Notes under the pieces: generated by a model | Databases searched by the model: none | Told to the model about the DNA's origin: nothing | What the model saw: only the letters and a program-made list of their open reading frames with translations | Program-made: the position numbers and the translations under genes | DNA from: Hypanus sabinus | Taxonomy: Eukaryota | Direction: 5' to 3' | Assembly (NCBI RefSeq): GCF_030144855.1 | Contig: NC_082727.1 | Span: 18,786,001-18,850,000 of the forward strand | DNA: 64,000 nt | Shown: positions 57,901 to 64,000 of the stretch, piece after piece | Position numbering within the stretch: the stretch's first letter is position 1 | How the letters are laid out: every line of letters starts with the position of its first letter

Positions 57901-60900
57901 CACAGTCCGTTTCTACTCCCATCACTGTTCACAATCCCTTTCTACACCAAGTCAATGTACACAACCCCTTTCTACTCCCCGTCACTATTCATAATCCCTT
58001 TCTACTCCCATCACTGTTCACAGTCCCTTTTTACTCCCATCGCTGTTCACAATCCCTGTCTACTCCCCGTCACTGTTCACACTCCCCGTCACTGTTCACA
58101 ATCCCTTTCTACTCCCATCACTGTTCACAGTCCCTTTCTACTCCCATCACTGTTCACAGTCCCTTTCTACTCCCATCGCTGTTCACAATCCCTTTCTACT
58201 CCCCGTCACAGTTCACACTCCCCGTCACTGTTCACAATCCCTTTCTACTCCCAGTCACTGTTCACAATCCCTTACTACTCCCAGTCACTGTTCACAATCC
58301 CTTACTATTCCCAGTCAATGTTCACAATCCCTTGCTACTCCCAGTCACTGTTCACAATCCCTTACTACTCCCAGTCATTGTTCACAATCCCTTACTACTC
58401 CCAGTCACTGTTCACAGTCCCTTTCTACTCCCATCACTGTTCACAGTCCCTTTCTACTCCCATCACTGTTCACAGTCCCTTTCTACTCCCAGTCACTGTT
58501 CAAAATCCCTTTCTACTCCCATCACTGTTCACAGTCCCTTTCTACTCCCAGTCACTGTTCACAATCCCTTTCTACTCCCATCACTGTTCACAGTCCCTTT
58601 CTACTCCCCGTCACTGTTCACAATCCCTTTCTACTCCCATCACTGTTCACAGTCCCTTTCTACTCCCATCACTGTTAATACTCCCCGTCACTGTTCACAG
58701 TCCCTTTCTACTCCCCGTCACTGTTCATAATCCCTTTCTACTCCTAGTCACTGTTCACAATCCCTTTCTACTCCCATCACTGTTCACAATCCCTTTCTAC
58801 TCCCATCACTGTTCACAGTCCCTTTCTACTCCCATCACTGTTCACAGTCCCTTTCTACTCCCCGTCACTGTTCACAGTCCCTTTCTACTCCCCGTCACTG
58901 TTCATAATCCCTTTCTACTCCTAGTCACTGTTCACAATCCCTTTCTACTCCCATCACTGTTCACAATCCCTTTCTACTCCCATCACTGTTCACAGTCCGT
59001 TTCTACTCCCATCACTGTTCACAATCCCTTTCTACACCAAGTCAATGTACACAACCCCTTTCTACACCCCGTCACTATTCACAATCCCCTTCTACTCCCA
59101 TCACTGTTCACAATCCCTTTCTACTCCCATCACTGTTCACAGTCCCTTTCTACACCCCGTCACTGTTCACAATCCCTTTCTACTCCCCGTCACTGTTCAC
59201 AGTCCCTTTCTACTCCCCGTCACTGTTCATAATCCCTTTCTACTCCTAGTCACTGTTCACAATCCCTTTATACTCCCGGTCACTGTTCACAATCCCTTTC
59301 AACTCACAGTCACTGTTCACAATCCCTTACTACTCCCCATCACTGTTCACAGTCCCTTTCTACTCCCATCGCTGTTCACAATCCCTGTCTACTCCCTGTC
59401 ACTGTTCACACTCCCCGTCACTGTTCACAATCCCTTTCTACTCCCATCACTGTTCACAGTCCCTTTCTACTCCCATCGCTGTTCACAATCCCTTTCTACT
59501 CCCCGTCACAGTTCACACTCCCCGTCACTGTTCACAATCCCTTTCTACTCCTAGTCACTGTTAACAATCCCTTACTACTCCCAGTCACTGTTCACAATCC
59601 CTTACTATTCCCAGTCAATGTTCACAATCCCTTACTATTCCCAGTCAATGTTCACAATCCCTTGCTACTCCCAGTCACTGTTCACAATCCCTTTCTACTC
59701 CCATCACTGTTCACAGTCACTTTATACTCCCCGTCACTGTTCACAATCCCTTTCTACTCCCATCACTGTTCACAGTCCCTTTCTACTCCCATCACTGTTC
59801 ACACTCCCCGTCACTGTTCACAGTCCCTTTCTACACGCCGTCACTGTTCACAATCCCCTTCTGCTCCCAGTCACTGTTCACAGTCCCTTTCTACACCCCG
59901 TCACTGATCACAATCCCTTTCTACTCCCCGTCACTGTTCACAGTCCCTTTCTACTCCCCGTCACTGTTCATAATCCCTTTCTACTCCTAGTCACTGTTCA
60001 CAATCCCTTTCTACTCCCATCACTGTTCACAATCCCTTTCTACTCCCATCACTGTTCACAGTCCGTTTCTACTCCCATCACTGTTCACAATCCCTTTCTA
60101 CACCAAGTCAATGTACACAACCCCTTTCTACTCCCCGTCACTATTCACAATCCCCTTCTACTCCCATCACAGTTCACAATCCCTTTCTACTCCCATCACT
60201 GTTCACAGTCCCTTTCTACACCCCGTCACTGTTCACAATCCCTTTCTACTCCCCGTCACTGTTCACAGTCCCTTTCTACTCCCCACAGTCCCTTTCTACT
60301 CCCCGTCACTGTTCATAATCCCTTTCTACTCCCGGTCACTGTTCACAATCCCTTTCAACTCACAGTCACTGTTCACAATCCCTTACTACTCCCCATCACT
60401 GTTCACAATCCCCTTCTGCTCCCCGTCACTGTTCCCAGTCCCTTTCTACTCCCCGTCACTGTTCACAAGCCCTTTCTACTCCCATCACTGTTCACAATCC
60501 GTATCTGCTCCCCGTTACTCTTCACAATCCCTTTCTGCTCCCCGTCACTGTTCACAATCACTTTTACTCCCAGTGACTGTTCACAATCCATTTCTGCTCC
60601 CCGTCACTGTTCACAATCCCTTTCTACAGCCGTCATTGTTCCCAGTCCCTTTCTAATCCCTTCACTGTTCACAAGCCCTTTCCGCTCCCCGTCACTGTTC
60701 ACAATCCCTTTTACTCCCAGTGACTGTTTACAATCCCTTTCTACACCAAGTCAATGTACACAACCCCTTTCTACTCCCCGTCACTATTCACAATCCCCTT
60801 CTACTCCCATCACAGTTCACAATCCCTTTCTACTCCCATCACAGTTCACAATCCCTTTCTACTCCCATCACTGTTCACAGTGCCTTTCTACTCCCATCAC

Positions 60901-63900
60901 TGTTCACAGTCCCTTTCTACTCCCATCGCTGTTCAGAATCCCTTTCTACTCCCCGTCACTGTTCACACTCCCCGTCACAGTTCACAATCCCTTTCTACTC
61001 CCATCACTGTTCACAGTCCCTTTCTACTCCCATCACTGTTCACAGTCCCTTTCTACTCCCATCGCAGTTCACAGTCCCTTTCTACTCCCATCACTGTTCA
61101 CAGTCCCTTTCTACACCCCGTCACTGTTCACAATCCCTTTCTACCCCCCGTCACTGTTCACAGTCCCTTTCTACTCCCATCGCTGTTCACAATCCCTTTC
61201 TACTCCCCGTCACAGTTCACACTCCCCGTCACTGTTCACAATCCCTTTCTACTCCCAGTCACTGTTAACAATCCCTTACTACTCCCAGTCACTGTTCACA
61301 ATCCCTTACTATTCCCAGTCAATGTTCACAATCCCTTGCTACTCCCAGTCACTGTTCACAATCCCTTACTACTCCCAGTCATTGTTCACAATCCCTTACT
61401 ACTCCCAGTCACTGTTCACAGTCCCTTTCTACTCCCATCACTGTTCACAGTCCCTTTCTACTCCCATCACTGTTCACAGTCCCTTTCTACTCCCAGTCAC
61501 TGTTCACAATCCCTTTCTACTCCCATCACTGTTCACAGTCCCTTTCTACTCCCAGTCACTGTTCACAATCCCTTTCTACTCCCATCACTGTTCACAGTCA
61601 CTTTATACTCCCCGTCACTGTTCACAATCCCTTTCTACTCCCATCACTGTTCACAGTCCCTTTCTACTCCCATCACTGTTCACACTCCCCGTCACTGTTC
61701 ACAGTCCCTTTCTACACGCCGTCACTGTTCACAATCCCCTTCTGCTCCCAGTCACTGTTCACAGTCCCTTTCTACACCCCGTCACTGATCACAATCCCTT
61801 TCTACTCCCCGTCACTGTTCACAGTCCCTTTCTACTCCCCGTCACTGTTCATAATCCCTTTCTACTCCTAGTCACTGTTCACAATCCCTTTCTACTCCCA
61901 TCACTGTTCACAATCCCTTTCTACTCCCATCACTGTTCACAGTCCGTTTCTACTCCCATCACTGTTCACAATCCCTTTCTACACCAAGTCAATGTACACA
62001 ACCCCTTTCTACTCCCCGTCACTATTCACAATCCCCTTCTACTCCCATCACAGTTCACAATCCCTTTCTACTCCCATCACTGTTCACAGTCCCTTTCTAC
62101 ACCCCGTCACTGTTCACAATCCCTTTCTACTCCCCGTCACTGTTCACAGTCCCTTTCTACTCCCCACAGTCCCTTTCTACTCCCCGTCACTGTTCATAAT
62201 CCCTTTCTACTCCCGGTCACTGTTCACAATCCCTTTCAACTCACAGTCACTGTTCACAATCCCTTACTACTCCCCATCACTGTTCACAATCCCCTTCTGC
62301 TCCCCGTCACTGTTCCCAGTCCCTTTCTACTCCCCGTCACTGTTCACAAGCCCTTTCTACTCCCATCACTGTTCACAATCCGTATCTGCTCCCCGTTACT
62401 CTTCACAATCCCTTTCTGCTCCCCGTCACTGTTCACAATCACTTTTACTCCCAGTGACTGTTCACAATCCATTTCTGCTCCCCGTCACTGTTCACAATCC
62501 CTTTCTACAGCCGTCATTGTTCCCAGTCCCTTTCTAATCCCTTCACTGTTCACAAGCCCTTTCCGCTCCCCGTCACTGTTCACAATCCCTTTTACTCCCA
62601 GTGACTGTTTACAATCCCTTTCTACACCAAGTCAATGTACACAACCCCTTTCTACTCCCCGTCACTATTCACAATCCCCTTCTACTCCCATCACAGTTCA
62701 CAATCCATTTCTACTCCCATCACAGTTCACAATCCCTTTCTACTCCCATCACTGTTCACAGTGCCTTTCTACTCCCATCACTGTTCACAGTCCCTTTCTA
62801 CTCCCATCGCTATTCAGAATCCCTTTCTACTCCCCGTCACTGTTCACACTCCCCGTCACAGTTCACAATCCCTTTCTACTCCCATCACTGTTCACAGTCC
62901 CTTTCTACTCCCATCACTGTTCACAGTCCCTTTCTACTCTCATCACTGTTCACAGTCCCTTTCTACTCCCATCGCTGTTCACAATCCCTTTCTACTCCCC
63001 GTCACAGTTCACACTCCCCGTCACTGTTCACAGTCCCTTTCTACTCCCATCGCTGTTCACAATCCCTGTCTACTCCCCGTCACTGTTCACAATCCCTTTC
63101 TACTCCCATCACTGTTCACAGTCCCTTTCTACTCCCATCACTGTACACAACCCCTTTCTACTCCCCGTCACTATTCACAATCCCCTTCTACTCCCATCAC
63201 AGTTCACAATCCCTTTCTACTCCCATCACTGTTCACAATCCCTTTCTACTCCCATCGCTGTTCACAATCCCTTTCTACTCCCCGTCACTGTTCACACTCC
63301 CTGTCACAGTTCACAATCACTTTCTACTCCCATCACTGTTCACAGTCCCTTTCTACTCCCATCACTGTTCACAGTCCCTTTCTACTCCCATCGCTGTTCA
63401 CAATCCCTTTCTACTCCCCGTCACTGTTCACACTCCACGTCACTGTTCACAATCACTTTCTACTCCCATCACTGTTCACAGTCCCTGTCTGCTCCCATCG
63501 CTGTTCACAATCCCTTTCTGCTCCCCGTTACTCTTCACAATCCCTTTCTGCTCCCCGTCACTGTTCACAATCACTTTTACTCCCAGTGACTGTTCACAAT
63601 CCCCTTCTACTCCCAGTCACTGTTCACAATCCCTTACTACTCCCATCACAGTTCACAATCCCTTTCTACTCCCATCACTGTTCACAGTCCGTTTCTACTC
63701 CCATCACTGTTCACAATCCCTTTCTACACCAAGTCAATGTACACAACCCCTTTCTACTCCCCGTCACTATTCATAATCCCTTTCTACTCCCATCACTGTT
63801 CACAGTCCCTTTTTACTCCCATCGCTGTTCACAATCCCTGTCTACTCCCCGTCACTGTTCACACTCCCCGTCACTGTTCACAATCCCTTTCTACTCCCAT

Positions 63901-64000
63901 CACTGTTCACAGTCCCTTTCTACTCCCATCACTGTTCACAGTCCCTTTCTACTCCCATCGCTGTTCACAATCCCTTTCTACTCCCCGTCACAGTTCACAC
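45988..64000 (+). repeat. 29/30-bp satellite (CCAT/CCCGT/CCAGT-CACTGTTCACA[A/G]TCCCTTTCTACTC) x ~600, with 19-bp truncated units and higher-order duplications; runs off the right edge; inside an FBXW4 intron
   Basis: Read directly. Identical ORF translations recur at offsets 5729 (46993/52722, 49811/55540), 4107 (53848/57955, near-identical) and 1881 (60111/61992). Confidence 0.98.

Noticed and set aside
46006-63776. Many 150-1323 aa plus-strand ORFs resembling a mucin-like or repetitive protein gene
   Set aside because: They overlap in all three frames and shift frame with 29/30/19-bp unit changes, so variation is not codon-constrained. They are antisense to FBXW4 and have no promoter or splice evidence.
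45988-64000. CRISPR-like appearance (recurring ~29-bp repeat with variable stretches)
   Set aside because: Monomers are contiguous with no unique spacers, there are no cas genes, and the context is a vertebrate intron. The same applies to the 19.5-22.5 kb array.

Overview
Vertebrate genomic DNA. The repeat families and gene divergence suggest a cartilaginous fish, probably a ray (inference). It carries the conserved POLL(-)/DPCD(+)/FBXW4(-) block. POLL (DNA polymerase lambda) has four coding exons here (13647-13758, 10507-11006, 8590-8898, 1798-1971); its 3' exons lie off the left edge. DPCD is complete: 6 exons, 612 nt, 203 aa. It is head-to-head with POLL across a short GC-rich, ETS-motif promoter at ~19.15-19.45 kb. 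The last two coding exons of FBXW4 (42591-42732, 39453-39587) lie tail-to-tail with DPCD. Introns are packed with CR1, Rex1/Babar, Penelope, L1/Tx1-like, RTE-derived and SINE fragments. Three structures stand out. (1) A 1643-bp Sleeping Beauty-like Tc1 element (29016-30658) whose left end is an inverted copy of its right end, including transposase 3' codons. (2) A ~3-kb, ~104-copy, 29-bp G/CpG-rich minisatellite starting right at the DPCD exon-1 splice donor. (3) A >18-kb 29/30-bp satellite inside an FBXW4 intron, with multi-kb higher-order duplications (periods 5729, 4107, 3901 and 1881 bp). All very long ORFs over the two tandem arrays are repeat artefacts. I found no convincing evidence of a novel protein-coding system. 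Family assignments rest on remembered reference sequences, not database searches.
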